Below, piece after piece: positions 48,628 to 58,113 of a stretch of 64,000 nucleotides of DNA. The notes below the pieces were generated by a model. It did no database searches. It was not told the origin of the DNA and saw only the letters and a program-made list of their open reading frames with translations. Within the stretch, counting starts at the first letter, position 1; every line of letters starts with the position of its first letter. Both the position numbers and the translations under genes were made by a program. Source of the stretch: an uncultured virus (IMG/VR IMGVR_UViG_3300020048_000098) (lineage: Duplodnaviria > Heunggongvirae > Uroviricota > Caudoviricetes); IMG/VR virus record IMGVR_UViG_3300020048_000098, positions 1 to 64,000 of that record; one strand, 5' to 3'.

Positions 48628-49245
48628 TTATTTCTTAGGAACCTTGATTTTCAATTCCTTAGCAACTGCTAAGCGTAACCCTTTGAGGTCTTTCTTGAAA
48701 TCATCGATGTCAAGGTCAAGGTCTTCATCATCGATTAGTTCTTCCAAGTCGTCTTCATCCATTTCTTTGATGTCATCCCAAGTTAGGTCGTCAGAAGCAT
48801 CGTCATCATCGTCGTCATCATCCTTTGCTTCTTTCTTACCTTTAGAGGGTTTTTCATCTTCCAATTCGTAATCGAATTCCTCTGCAACTGCCCCAAGCAA
48901 TCCTTCCAAGTCATCTTCGAAGTCATCAACATCGATATCTAATTCGTGTTCTTCGATAACATCAGCCAATTCTTCTTCGTCCATGTCCTGAAGGTCTTTT
49001 AAAGATGGTTTCTTAGGAGCTTTCTTTTCTTCTTTTTTACCTTTCTTAGGTTCTTCCTTTTTAGCCTCAGCTTTAGGTTCTGCCTTTGGTTCTGCTTTAG
49101 GAGCAACTTTCTCTGCTTTACAATCGCAATTGATTTCAGCAGCAATTTTACAAATAAGAACTAGGCCTGATACCATAGTGATTACTGAGTAACCACATTC
49201 GTTTTTTTCAACTTTAGCAATTTCTTGCCCTTTCATTTCTGTCAT
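48628..49245 (-). CDS. Extremely acidic protein with an internally duplicated helical domain
   Basis: Two ~44-aa repeats (LKDLQDMDEEELADVIEEHELDIDVDDF / WDDIKEMDEDDLEELIDDEDLDLDIDDF); AEPK linker repeats. Confidence 0.75.
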   Translation of the reverse strand: MTEMKGQEIAKVEKNECGYSVITMVSGLVLICKIAAEINCDCKAEKVAPKAEPKAEPKAEAKKEEPKKGKKEEKKAPKKPSLKDLQDMDEEELADVIEEHELDIDVDDFEDDLEGLLGAVAEEFDYELEDEKPSKGKKEAKDDDDDDDDASDDLTWDDIKEMDEDDLEELIDDEDLDLDIDDFKKDLKGLRLAVAKELKIKVPKK

Positions 49246-50023
49246 AGGATTTTGTTTTGATTGGTTTTACATTAATAATTAACTTTGCAGTAAATAGTTT
49301 TTTCCTGTAATGGATGGCAAATAACTCTTGTCTGATAGTACTTAGAAAAGCCTTATCCAGAATGCAGATGGCTTCATATAAGGTACGGGCATAAAGAGTT
49401 TCTTTGCATACTTCAGGTAATAGTATATTCATTTCCTGTTTGTTGATAATCTTTCTTAGATAGTTAAGCCTTATCTGAGAGTTCATTAGGGTTTTCTGAT
49501 GCCTTACCTTGTCTGAAGGTACCTCATAATGCCCAACTGTAATCTCAATTAATACTGCCTTTCTCAGTGCAGCCTTAATCTTCTTCTTCCAAAGCATAAT
49601 GGCTCCCAGGTAAAGCTTGATATCGGGCTTATCAAAATCCAATTCGAAAGCTTCCTCGAATAAATCCCGGGACTTCATGATACCCCAATCTATAAATTGA
49701 GCCCTTACATGTTTGTTAGTCCCAGTAGTTAATTTGGTATTGGTGCCATCATTGGTGTAGTAAAGTTTATACCCTAAAGCCTGGTAGGTAAAATACTGGG
49801 CCCTCTTGCAATATCTTTTGATATCAGACCCAAGGAATATCATATACCTACCAGGATTAAGGTTAAAGAACGGGGTTGTTGCCATCCAAGTCTCCAACAT
49901 ATCTTTATCTTTAAAACCGGGGGTCATAAGCCATTTCGGGTTATAGGGAGTCAGTATGTCCACTATATAGTGTAGCCCAGGTTTTATTCTCTTGATTATG
50001 TATGGTGATTGGTAGGTTGTCAT
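49214..50023 (-). CDS. Hypothetical basic protein
   Basis: 269-aa ORF. Confidence 0.65.
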   Translation of the reverse strand: MTTYQSPYIIKRIKPGLHYIVDILTPYNPKWLMTPGFKDKDMLETWMATTPFFNLNPGRYMIFLGSDIKRYCKRAQYFTYQALGYKLYYTNDGTNTKLTTGTNKHVRAQFIDWGIMKSRDLFEEAFELDFDKPDIKLYLGAIMLWKKKIKAALRKAVLIEITVGHYEVPSDKVRHQKTLMNSQIRLNYLRKIINKQEMNILLPEVCKETLYARTLYEAICILDKAFLSTIRQELFAIHYRKKLFTAKLIINVKPIKTKSYDRNERARNC

Positions 50024-50199
50024 TAAAAAGCTTGGTTAATAATATTAAGCACTGCCAATAATACAGCCAGTATAATTATACCGTACCCAAGTCCCTCTTC
50101 TTGGTTCTCTACTATGAACCGTTGTTTGAAGTTGATAACTACAGCAGTTATTCCTATCAGGAATAATACTGAGATGATGTTGATTAATGTTTGAAGCAT
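50023..50199 (-). CDS. Small two-TM membrane protein (58 aa)
   Basis: Hand translation MLQTLINIISVLFLIGITAVVINF...IIILAVLLAVLNIINQAF*; abuts the upstream gene and overlaps the next by TAATG. Confidence 0.65.
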   Translation of the reverse strand: MLQTLINIISVLFLIGITAVVINFKQRFIVENQEEGLGYGIIILAVLLAVLNIINQAF

Positions 50200-50733
50200 T
50201 TACTTTCCTTTTTTAGCTTTGTTATACCATATCCCAATACTCTTATCCTGAGCTTCTGGGAATTTTTCTTTTACTAATGTAATAGTTTCTTCTTTGGTTT
50301 TACCTTCCGCTTGAAGTTGGTAGGTATAGGCTTTTTTAGTCCCAGAGAATATCCCTGTTTCTGTTCTATCCCTTTTTACCTTCTGTTTCTTAAGTCCCCG
50401 GATTTTCTTAGTGGTAAGTGTATTACCATCCTCATCCTGGGTGCCAATATATCCCAATCTTAAGCTAGGGTGGAAGAATACATCATCTAATCCCCTTGCC
50501 CTTAATGCCTTCTCATTCCAGGCATCATACTGGTCTAATAAGTCCGTAACAGCTGGTTTCATGTAATTCTTAATGAACCAACCCTGAAGCTTTAATACCG
50601 TGGCATCTACTGCCTCTTCAAAAGGCATACCCCTGATAATGCAGTTACGCTTTAGAGTGGGGTAATTCATCCCTCCTAATTCCTTTTGGGCATCGGATAT
50701 TCGGGATTCAAAATTTCTTTTTTTCTTGCTCAT
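50200..50733 (-). CDS. Hypothetical basic, possibly DNA-binding, protein
   Basis: Start moved to ATG 50733 because the ORF-track start lies inside promoter P10; C-terminal FPEAQDKSIGIWYNKA. Confidence 0.7.
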   Translation of the reverse strand: MSKKKRNFESRISDAQKELGGMNYPTLKRNCIIRGMPFEEAVDATVLKLQGWFIKNYMKPAVTDLLDQYDAWNEKALRARGLDDVFFHPSLRLGYIGTQDEDGNTLTTKKIRGLKKQKVKRDRTETGIFSGTKKAYTYQLQAEGKTKEETITLVKEKFPEAQDKSIGIWYNKAKKGK

Positions 50734-50769
50734 GTATGTAGGTTGTTTTTTATATATTTTAATAATATG

Positions 50770-50822
50770 CAAATATAATAATAATTTGAACCACTAGCAA
50801 CAGTTAAATAACTTTTTATTCC
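50770..50822 (-). promoter_or_regulatory. Early promoter P10
   Basis: TTG (50800-798) - N20 - TATATTTG. Confidence 0.85.
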
Positions 50823-50998
50823 CGGATTTCATCATTGGGTTCTGATATTTCATCTTCAGTCCAGGTTGAACCTATAGTTAGGGGCTGGTCCCCACAATGG
50901 CAGTACATGGTATCAGTTACATCAGCATAGCATCCTTTACAGAATCTTTTTACTTTAGGTTCTTCCTCGGGTTGAGGGCAGGTACAGTCTTTATTCAT
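50816..50998 (-). CDS. Small Cys-rich Zn-finger protein
   Basis: CKGC...YCHCG; overlaps the ligase stop. Confidence 0.5.
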   Translation of the reverse strand: MNKDCTCPQPEEEPKVKRFCKGCYADVTDTMYCHCGDQPLTIGSTWTEDEISEPNDEIRE

Positions 50999-52091
50999 AG
51001 TTTCTAATTATTAGGCCTACGGGGTGAAATGGTTTCCCATCGGCAGTGAATTTTTGGTATCTTACAGTTAACTTCTGACCTTTTATCTTTTCAATATCCT
51101 GGAGCCATTCTCTTCTTTGCTCTCTTGTTCCCTTGGGTCTGCAATCGAATGTTACTCCTTCCTTGGTTTGGCAAAGGAATACCACAGTACCCTCATCCCT
51201 ACCCTCAGCTTCCTTCCCACCTATGATAGTGAATTCATCATCCTGCCATTCCTTGTATTTAATCATGTCATTATCCCGGAACCCGAACCAATATTGCCCT
51301 TTAGGTTGTCGGATAATTGCCCCCTCATAGCCCTCTTCAATAAACAATGCAAATAAATCTTCTAGTTCTTCTAAAGAGTTCACTAGATAAGTCGGTGCAA
51401 AGCTAATGTCCTTCCCAGATTTACTGCAGAGATACTTTGCTCTTCTTAATCGTTTATCTTGGGTTGTTTCCTCTTTAAGGATATCGTAACATCTATACTG
51501 AATCTTAAGGTTATCGGGGCTTTCTGTTTTAACCATAGAAATAATCTGTTGAAGAGTATAGCCATGTGCATATAACTCCCCGTCCATTTCCTGGTTTTCC
51601 TTAAGTTGCTTGGGTATCTGCGCCGCAAGATGTCTAAGGTTCTGTAGTACTTTTCCGTTTCTACTGCGTAATAGAATTGCTCCTCCTTCTCTTTTGATGG
51701 GGCATCGCATTCCATCATATTTTCTTTGCACATAAGCTGGGAATTTTATTTTTGATTTGTCTTTGGCAGCAAGCATTACCAATCTTCTACCTTCTTTATC
51801 CGTATTCCACCTATCATTTCTTTGGGGCATGGTATGTTTGTAACCCTCATCCAGTAAGTCATTAACTCTTGAACGGGCATACATCTCAGCTTGTTGTAAT
51901 GGGGTAGTTTCATTTGCTTTCCCAATATTCTTACCTACCTTGAATTGGTAGATATCTTCTTGGGTCTTACCATCCAACTGCCCCTTTACCAGCTTTACAG
52001 CAGGAGCCTCCCGGTCTATGTATATATCAAAAAAGGTAGTTTTACCTACCTTAGTGATTGCATATAACCTTTGTATGTATAATGTCATCAT
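50991..52091 (-). CDS. lig: ATP-dependent DNA ligase
   Basis: Motif I KYDGMR, III DGELY, IV EGAIIR, V KYK, OB domain TVRYQ; start moved to ATG 52091 downstream of P11. Confidence 0.92.
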   Translation of the reverse strand: MMTLYIQRLYAITKVGKTTFFDIYIDREAPAVKLVKGQLDGKTQEDIYQFKVGKNIGKANETTPLQQAEMYARSRVNDLLDEGYKHTMPQRNDRWNTDKEGRRLVMLAAKDKSKIKFPAYVQRKYDGMRCPIKREGGAILLRSRNGKVLQNLRHLAAQIPKQLKENQEMDGELYAHGYTLQQIISMVKTESPDNLKIQYRCYDILKEETTQDKRLRRAKYLCSKSGKDISFAPTYLVNSLEELEDLFALFIEEGYEGAIIRQPKGQYWFGFRDNDMIKYKEWQDDEFTIIGGKEAEGRDEGTVVFLCQTKEGVTFDCRPKGTREQRREWLQDIEKIKGQKLTVRYQKFTADGKPFHPVGLIIRNYE

Positions 52092-52115
52092 GTTATTTAT
52101 ATTTTTATTAATATG

Positions 52116-52147
52116 CAAATTTATATAAAATAATTCCTATAAGCAAC
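52116..52147 (-). promoter_or_regulatory. Early promoter P11
   Basis: TTG (52146-44) - N20 - TAAATTTG. Confidence 0.8.
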
Positions 52148-52149
52148 TC

Positions 52150-53106
52150 CTAAATTTCTTTTTTTGCCTTGATTATCCTATCCTTCTTCCGAGTGTGAGG
52201 AATTGCTAAATCTACAAAGGCATTTATTAACCTTGTTCTGCTTGGTACTATCCCATTCAATTCCTTATAGTTTAAGGCTGTTTGGTGCATAGCTCTGAAC
52301 CTTGGCCAAAATTCCTGCCCATGAGAACAGGATTTTTTAGAGGGTTGAAGGTAAGCAATTACTAATTCTACCATAGCAATAGCTTCGGCCTTTGTTTTAT
52401 AAATGGGTAGCCCAATCTTAGAAAGTTCCAATAGGTGGGTTTTCTTATACTTACGTACCCGGATAAGTGTATAGTTGGTATCTAATTCCAATTGTACGAT
52501 TGGTACATAGTAATTTCTGTTACTTCTTACGTAATCATATCTGTGTTCTAACTCAGCTATTACTGGTAACGGTATGGAAGAGATGCTTTTAAGGTGTTTT
52601 AGTTGCCTTGTCTTTTCTCTACGTTTGAAGGCTGAAGGTTCCTGTAGGTGTTTTGGTAGGATTCTGAAATTATTCCATCGGTCAAATTCCATTATCAACT
52701 CATGTAAGTCCTTACCTGCATCCGTAGTAGTTAATACCTTAAGAGCCTCTTCAATTAAGAAATCCCTGAGTTGAGCAACATAGTATCTTTTATCATCCAG
52801 GATTTCAATACATTCCTGTACCTTCTTCCTTTGGATAATTGCTGCATGTATAAACTCCTGGAAATCTTTGGGTAGGTCTACACCATCAGGGATTAGTTTA
52901 CCATGTTTTTCTATATGCTCTGTAAACATCTTAAAGAACATCTCAGCTCTATTCTTAATCTCCAGGTATTTGTAATGGGCTTTACCCATTATTTCCCCTA
53001 CTTCCCATGTTGACTTATCATGGCCTAAAGCCAGAGAAAGAGCTAATTGCTCTTCTGGTGTTAGGATTTCCCAAGCTTCTGATTCTGGCTTATTGTTCGT
53101 TTTCAT
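52150..53106 (-). CDS. Protein with N-terminal sigma region 4-like HTH; putative transcription regulator
   Basis: LTPEEQLALSL......STWEVGEIMG.......IKNRA resembles sigma70 region 4. Confidence 0.5.
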   Translation of the reverse strand: MKTNNKPESEAWEILTPEEQLALSLALGHDKSTWEVGEIMGKAHYKYLEIKNRAEMFFKMFTEHIEKHGKLIPDGVDLPKDFQEFIHAAIIQRKKVQECIEILDDKRYYVAQLRDFLIEEALKVLTTTDAGKDLHELIMEFDRWNNFRILPKHLQEPSAFKRREKTRQLKHLKSISSIPLPVIAELEHRYDYVRSNRNYYVPIVQLELDTNYTLIRVRKYKKTHLLELSKIGLPIYKTKAEAIAMVELVIAYLQPSKKSCSHGQEFWPRFRAMHQTALNYKELNGIVPSRTRLINAFVDLAIPHTRKKDRIIKAKKEI

Positions 53107-53794
53107 AATTCTTAGAATATATTTTATCTACCTTGGTTTTGCTAACATTATGTATTCCCTCGAGTGTTACATCAGTGAGTAGTTTCTCTTCATCGTAATC
53201 AGTATAAATACTATAGAAAACGTTTGAATAATCTACTAGAACATCTCTAGTTATATTGCCAAATGAGATTCGTACCTTTACGGTTTTCTTTGCATCGGAT
53301 AAACCCAGAAATTCAGCAGGCAAGTTATCAAAGGGATACCCCTTGAGTGTTATTACTTCACCAATCTTAAGTGTTTTGATATCACTTACATCATATACCG
53401 AGTAACACTTAGCTACATTGATTAACCTTGCTATTTGAGTGAACTTTGCTAGGTATACCTTTGGTACCATGGTAACTTCACCTTCCTCGTTTTTGGTATC
53501 TCTTTTAGAATTATCGTAAAGCCAGCTGTATATCCCGGGTATTTTTTGTTTGAATTCCTGTAAGGCATCTTTGGAATTTACTATGTTCATTGGTAATTTT
53601 ACAAACCCATAATTGAACAGCAAAGGTACTTCATCGAAGTACTCCTTGTTTTTAAATTTCTTCTTTAATACCTTAACACTCGGTACAATTACCTTGCAAT
53701 CCCCATAGCCATGTTTGTGTAAGTCCTTTTCGAACCTTGCTAAGTTATCCCTATCGATATAAGCTATAGCCCAAGCGTATTTCCTATCTTCCAT
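53090..53794 (-). CDS. nusG: NusG/UpxY-family transcription elongation or antitermination factor
   Basis: NGN motif VIVP......EVPLLFNYGFV; KOW motif LKIGEVITLKGYPFDNL.A........KTVKV. Confidence 0.8.
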   Translation of the reverse strand: MEDRKYAWAIAYIDRDNLARFEKDLHKHGYGDCKVIVPSVKVLKKKFKNKEYFDEVPLLFNYGFVKLPMNIVNSKDALQEFKQKIPGIYSWLYDNSKRDTKNEEGEVTMVPKVYLAKFTQIARLINVAKCYSVYDVSDIKTLKIGEVITLKGYPFDNLPAEFLGLSDAKKTVKVRISFGNITRDVLVDYSNVFYSIYTDYDEEKLLTDVTLEGIHNVSKTKVDKIYSKNYENEQ

Positions 53795-54317
53795 GTTTTC
53801 TGTAATCTTTAATGATTTTGTGTAGGAATTGGTAGTCAGATTTGAATAGGGTATCTGAGGGCATTATTACCAGTTTACCACTGTAATGTAGTACCTTTTC
53901 TATTTCTAAGAATCCTGATATTAAGTCGTATAGGGCTGAATCCATAACTAGGAAGTGAAATCCCTTTGGTAACCCATTATACCTCATAAAAAGTAAAGGT
54001 AGTTTCTTAGCCCTTTCTGCATCTGTTTCTGCCTGGGCCCAGAATTCCAATATCTTGCAGTTCTTAACTGGTGATATGAGATGTTCAAAGTTTATTTCCT
54101 TGTAGTTCTTAGCTTCTATCGAGAAGTTGAAATACCTGTTATGTTTTTGGTCAGTGCAGGTAATATCCCCCGTAGTATCACTTACCCTTTTCCACCTTAA
54201 GCCACCAGATGAAGGAACCCTTGCAAAGTCATACCCGGTCCAATCCTTGAATAACTTGCAAATGTCCCTTTCATTCCTGGAACCCTTAGCCTTTGAGTTT
54301 ATCTTGTTAGCAGCCAT
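53784..54317 (-). CDS. Holliday junction resolvase (Hjc-like PD-(D/E)xK)
   Basis: SKAKGSRNER, RVPSSGG, GDI...IEAK. Confidence 0.85.
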   Translation of the reverse strand: MAANKINSKAKGSRNERDICKLFKDWTGYDFARVPSSGGLRWKRVSDTTGDITCTDQKHNRYFNFSIEAKNYKEINFEHLISPVKNCKILEFWAQAETDAERAKKLPLLFMRYNGLPKGFHFLVMDSALYDLISGFLEIEKVLHYSGKLVIMPSDTLFKSDYQFLHKIIKDYRKHGR

Positions 54318-54349
54318 ATCTTGTAGTTTATAAATAATAGTAACAAGGC

Positions 54350-56227
54350 CTAATCTACAATCTCAGTAAACCCGTTTACTAGTTCAACTTTTATGATTGC
54401 TGCATTTAAAGGGATAAACTCTGCTCTATGAGTAATTAAGAATATCGACTTGCCATCAACCTTACTAAGTATCAACTCATTTATCAATTCTATATTCTTA
54501 GAATCCAATCCCTCGAATACTTCATCCATGATTAACAGGTTAGTTGGCTTATTCTCGTTTACCACATCATGTGCTGCAAAGATATTTGATACATTTACTA
54601 ATTGTCCTTGTCCACCACTTAAGTCCTCGTATGGTACAATTACATCGTTCTTATATAATACCTGTTCTATATCCTTTTTAGAGGAATCCATATCCACTAC
54701 GAATTCCGGTAAGAACCCAATGTAATCAGCGTAAGTACGTAACTTAGCATTTACCTTCTCTACTAACCCATCAAATATAAAGGTTTTTATACCCGTACTT
54801 GAAAGTGGGTCCTTTACTAACCAATCTAATATTTCCATTTCCCTCTTAAGGGCATCATACTTCTCTTCTTGGGGTTTCAAATCCTCTTTGAATGCTTGGA
54901 GTGTTTTCCTAATTAAATCAATATCGGTTTTAGGGGGCTTCTCTTTCTTAATCCTTTTTAATTCTTCCTTCTTACCCTGCATCTTAGTTTCCAGGTTTGA
55001 TATCTTGGTAGAGATACCATTGTAATCAGAAATCTCATCCTGTAATCCAGATATTTCTTTATTCAGTCTATCGCATTCTTTTTTGGTATCCGAGTACTTA
55101 CCTACTGCTGTTTCTAGAACGTTTATAGTTAAACCATAAGATTCAATAGCTTTAGTATGGGTTACTTCACTAGATTCCAGCTCTTTAAGCAATTCCAAAG
55201 TATCATTCCTAAGTTTCCGGGCCTTAAGCGGTTTTAATGATTCCCCGCATTTAGGGCAAATTGAAGGAGGGGTTTCTAATTCCTTTCTTAGTAGTTTAAT
55301 TCTAGCCCTAACCCCGGTAAGGTTATTTTCCTCAAACATCAAATCAGACTGCCTTTGTTTTAACTCCAGGGTATTTGAGCCATGTGTTATAGCATCCAAA
55401 GTACCCTCCAACCTTTTTAATTCCAATTTCCATTCCATAAGCAACGCAGTAGGGGGTGCAGGTGTTAACTCCAATTCTTCTTTCTCTTTCCTAAACCCCT
55501 TGATACTTTCTCGTATAGCTCCTAGCTTCGACTGTTTCTGTTTCTCAAAATTAGCTTCTTGTCTTTCAGCCATTGTTAAGAATCCTTCATTCTGTTCAAT
55601 CTTAGCTTTCAATGCAGAAACTTCCGGGGTAACCCTGCTTAAGGCAACTAATACGTTTTTCTTTTCAGTTTCTACCCTTGATTTTGCTTCCTCTATAAAT
55701 TGGGTTTCGAATATCTCCTCAAAGATTTTCTTCTTATCGGGTCCTGTTTCTTCAATTAACCTTTTTACTTTCTGGCCAAATACCATTGAATTACTGAAGA
55801 GTTTGAAGGAGAATCCTAGAATTGATTTGACTTCAGCTGATACGGCGTTATTCCCCCTTAAGTCGGCCCTGTAAGTACCATTCTCCATTAGGATTAATTG
55901 GTCCTTTCCAATGGTATCATTTACGATTTTACCCTTGTAATCCTTACATCTTACAATTTCGTATTTGTTATCCCCTTTCCTAAACTTTAAAGAAACCATT
56001 GTACCCTCAGTATATCCTAGTTCTGGCCAGGGTGCTATGCTTGAGCCTTTCTTTAAAAGGTCCCCCCATTGTACCCAGGTAAGGGCATTTAGTATGGAGG
56101 TTTTACCTGCACCATTATCACCCTGGATAATAGTAAGGCCTGGCTTATTCAAATTAAACAATAATGGGCCCCGGATTGAACCGAAACCCACTATCTTAAG
56201 TTTTGAGTATGTAATCTTATTGCTCAT
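54350..56227 (-). CDS. sbcC: SbcC/Rad50-like ATPase
   Basis: Walker A GDNGAGKT, Zn-hook CPKC, signature LSGGQ, Walker B LIMDE. Confidence 0.92.
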   Translation of the reverse strand: MSNKITYSKLKIVGFGSIRGPLLFNLNKPGLTIIQGDNGAGKTSILNALTWVQWGDLLKKGSSIAPWPELGYTEGTMVSLKFRKGDNKYEIVRCKDYKGKIVNDTIGKDQLILMENGTYRADLRGNNAVSAEVKSILGFSFKLFSNSMVFGQKVKRLIEETGPDKKKIFEEIFETQFIEEAKSRVETEKKNVLVALSRVTPEVSALKAKIEQNEGFLTMAERQEANFEKQKQSKLGAIRESIKGFRKEKEELELTPAPPTALLMEWKLELKRLEGTLDAITHGSNTLELKQRQSDLMFEENNLTGVRARIKLLRKELETPPSICPKCGESLKPLKARKLRNDTLELLKELESSEVTHTKAIESYGLTINVLETAVGKYSDTKKECDRLNKEISGLQDEISDYNGISTKISNLETKMQGKKEELKRIKKEKPPKTDIDLIRKTLQAFKEDLKPQEEKYDALKREMEILDWLVKDPLSSTGIKTFIFDGLVEKVNAKLRTYADYIGFLPEFVVDMDSSKKDIEQVLYKNDVIVPYEDLSGGQGQLVNVSNIFAAHDVVNENKPTNLLIMDEVFEGLDSKNIELINELILSKVDGKSIFLITHRAEFIPLNAAIIKVELVNGFTEIVD

Positions 56228-57227
56228 GGTTTAATACCTGTATAAGTTTGTTAACTTTCGCTTTATCTTCAATATTCTTTATCTTGCAATAGTTTTTAGC
56301 TAGTTTGGATTTACTTTCCATACTTATGATTGGTGACTTATTCTCCTGCGTTACTTGGTCTGCAGGAATTTCAATCCAGTAATTGGTATCCCTATCAATC
56401 TCATCTACCCAAGGTTCTGTACCTCTTTTAAAGTATTTGAACTTAGGTAATTCATCAAATTCAATGAATTTCTGGGATACATCTGCCCTGATAATCCACA
56501 TACCTAAGTTTGCATCAGAATCCGATTTCCTTAGTTGTGTAGGTGTACCAATAGTTAGGGTATTAAACCTATCACTAAACTGCGGTAGATGTATATGCCC
56601 ATTTAATACTAAATCGAAATCATTGAATAAAGCTGCTACCTCAGTCTTTTTAAGGTTTTCAAAGGAACCTACTTCCCTGCCATCAGTATCTAATAACCCC
56701 GGTAAGTCCATGTGAGTAAGTAGGATATTTGTATCACCTTCTTTATTAGCATGTGCTTTTTGCAAGTTTTCCATTAACCCCAAGTTATGTGTATAGTAAG
56801 GTAATCCATGGAATCTAACCTGGGTATCTCTTAGTATGAAGTCCTTATAAGTATTATCCAGGCAAATAAGGTTAGGACAAATCCTGGATAAGCTTCTTAC
56901 CCAACTTGGTGAAGAATGTTCCCCAGTATTTTGTTGGCTCATATCATGGTTACCCGATATACATAGGATACCCATTATTGATTTCTCAAATAGGGGTAGT
57001 ATGAATTTAGTGATAAGGTCAAAGAGTTCATTTGAACAGGAGTTATCTGCATTAAGTAAGTCACCAGCAATTATAAGTGGTACCTTATAATCATTGGCCT
57101 TCTTTACTGCCATTTCTAAAGCAGAATAGGAGGCCCAAAACCTCCTATTTTCTTGATTGTATTGTTTCCAGATGTGTAAGTGTATATCTGAGATAGCTAC
57201 TGCTATTACCGGGCTAGTGTTTGCCAT
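56217..57227 (-). CDS. sbcD: SbcD/Mre11-like nuclease
   Basis: SDIH, AGD, GNHD, GHIH metallophosphoesterase motifs. Confidence 0.9.
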   Translation of the reverse strand: MANTSPVIAVAISDIHLHIWKQYNQENRRFWASYSALEMAVKKANDYKVPLIIAGDLLNADNSCSNELFDLITKFILPLFEKSIMGILCISGNHDMSQQNTGEHSSPSWVRSLSRICPNLICLDNTYKDFILRDTQVRFHGLPYYTHNLGLMENLQKAHANKEGDTNILLTHMDLPGLLDTDGREVGSFENLKKTEVAALFNDFDLVLNGHIHLPQFSDRFNTLTIGTPTQLRKSDSDANLGMWIIRADVSQKFIEFDELPKFKYFKRGTEPWVDEIDRDTNYWIEIPADQVTQENKSPIISMESKSKLAKNYCKIKNIEDKAKVNKLIQVLNHEQ

Positions 57228-58113
57228 ATTGGGAATTATAGTTTTTAAAGGTATCTATGAATTCTGGTTTAGTAAAAGTGGTAATGGAATAGAGTTTTGA
57301 AATCTTGGCAATCTCCATCACATTTAACTTAGGGTTTTCATCAATATAGTAGGGGAGTTTTGTTTTTCTCTCGAACTTAATATAATAGTGACGCAGATTG
57401 ATTAAACCATTGTTTCTAGTGATTAACTCACGGAACTTAGTATTATCTAATGGTTTAAATGTTTCACCCGATTCTAGATAGTTTTCTATGCTACCGTATT
57501 TATCCAGGAATGCCAATGCAGTTTTAGGTCCTACCTTAGGATATCCCGGGATATTATCTGAATCATCCCCGTTTAATACCAGGTAATCTAAAGCATACTT
57601 CAAGTCATATCCTATATGGTGTTTGAAAGTATGGGCATTTAATTCTACATCCTTACCTGGGTTATAAATACTACAGTCATCAGAAATACATTGGTGAAAG
57701 TCCTTGTCAGCAGAGATGATAACCTTGTGCCCAGGAGTTTCCCTCATAATTTTATATATGAGGTCATCTGCCTCGGTATCTTCTTTACCTATGACAACCT
57801 TTAAACCCAAGTTGTAACATAATTGCATTACTACTTCCTTTTGTTCCATGAAGTTCTGGAAATCAAATCCCAACTTAGGAGTTCTAACTTTGTATTCAGG
57901 TAAGAGTTCCCGGCGATAGGTACTCTTACCCTTATCAAATACAATGTACACATCTGATGGTTGGTATTTATCGAATAACCTACGTATAATATATGGGAAG
58001 CCATATATGCAAGAAGTGCTTTGTCCATCTCTTGCCGTCATGTTATTGAATTTATAATAAGCCCGATATAGGGTATTATTACCATCTATGATTAGTGTAC
58101 TATTCTTCTTCAT
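57214..58113 (-). CDS. 5'-3' exonuclease / flap endonuclease
   Basis: IIDGNN..YRAY, YRR..LPEYK, EADD, SADKDF, GDDSDNIPG..KVGPKTA; start probably ATG 58113. Confidence 0.92.
   Translation of the reverse strand: MKKNSTLIIDGNNTLYRAYYKFNNMTARDGQSTSCIYGFPYIIRRLFDKYQPSDVYIVFDKGKSTYRRELLPEYKVRTPKLGFDFQNFMEQKEVVMQLCYNLGLKVVIGKEDTEADDLIYKIMRETPGHKVIISADKDFHQCISDDCSIYNPGKDVELNAHTFKHHIGYDLKYALDYLVLNGDDSDNIPGYPKVGPKTALAFLDKYGSIENYLESGETFKPLDNTKFRELITRNNGLINLRHYYIKFERKTKLPYYIDENPKLNVMEIAKISKLYSITTFTKPEFIDTFKNYNSQYGKH

Noticed and set aside
50734..50772. N-terminal extensions MHIIKI... (50772) and MHINKN... (52118)
   Set aside because: These TTG starts lie inside the -7 promoter element; downstream ATGs are more plausible
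37827..52147. Repeated intergenic motif as a CRISPR array or attachment-site cassette array
   Set aside because: Copies are 0.6-3 kb apart, degenerate in the middle, and match Bacteroidota promoter geometry
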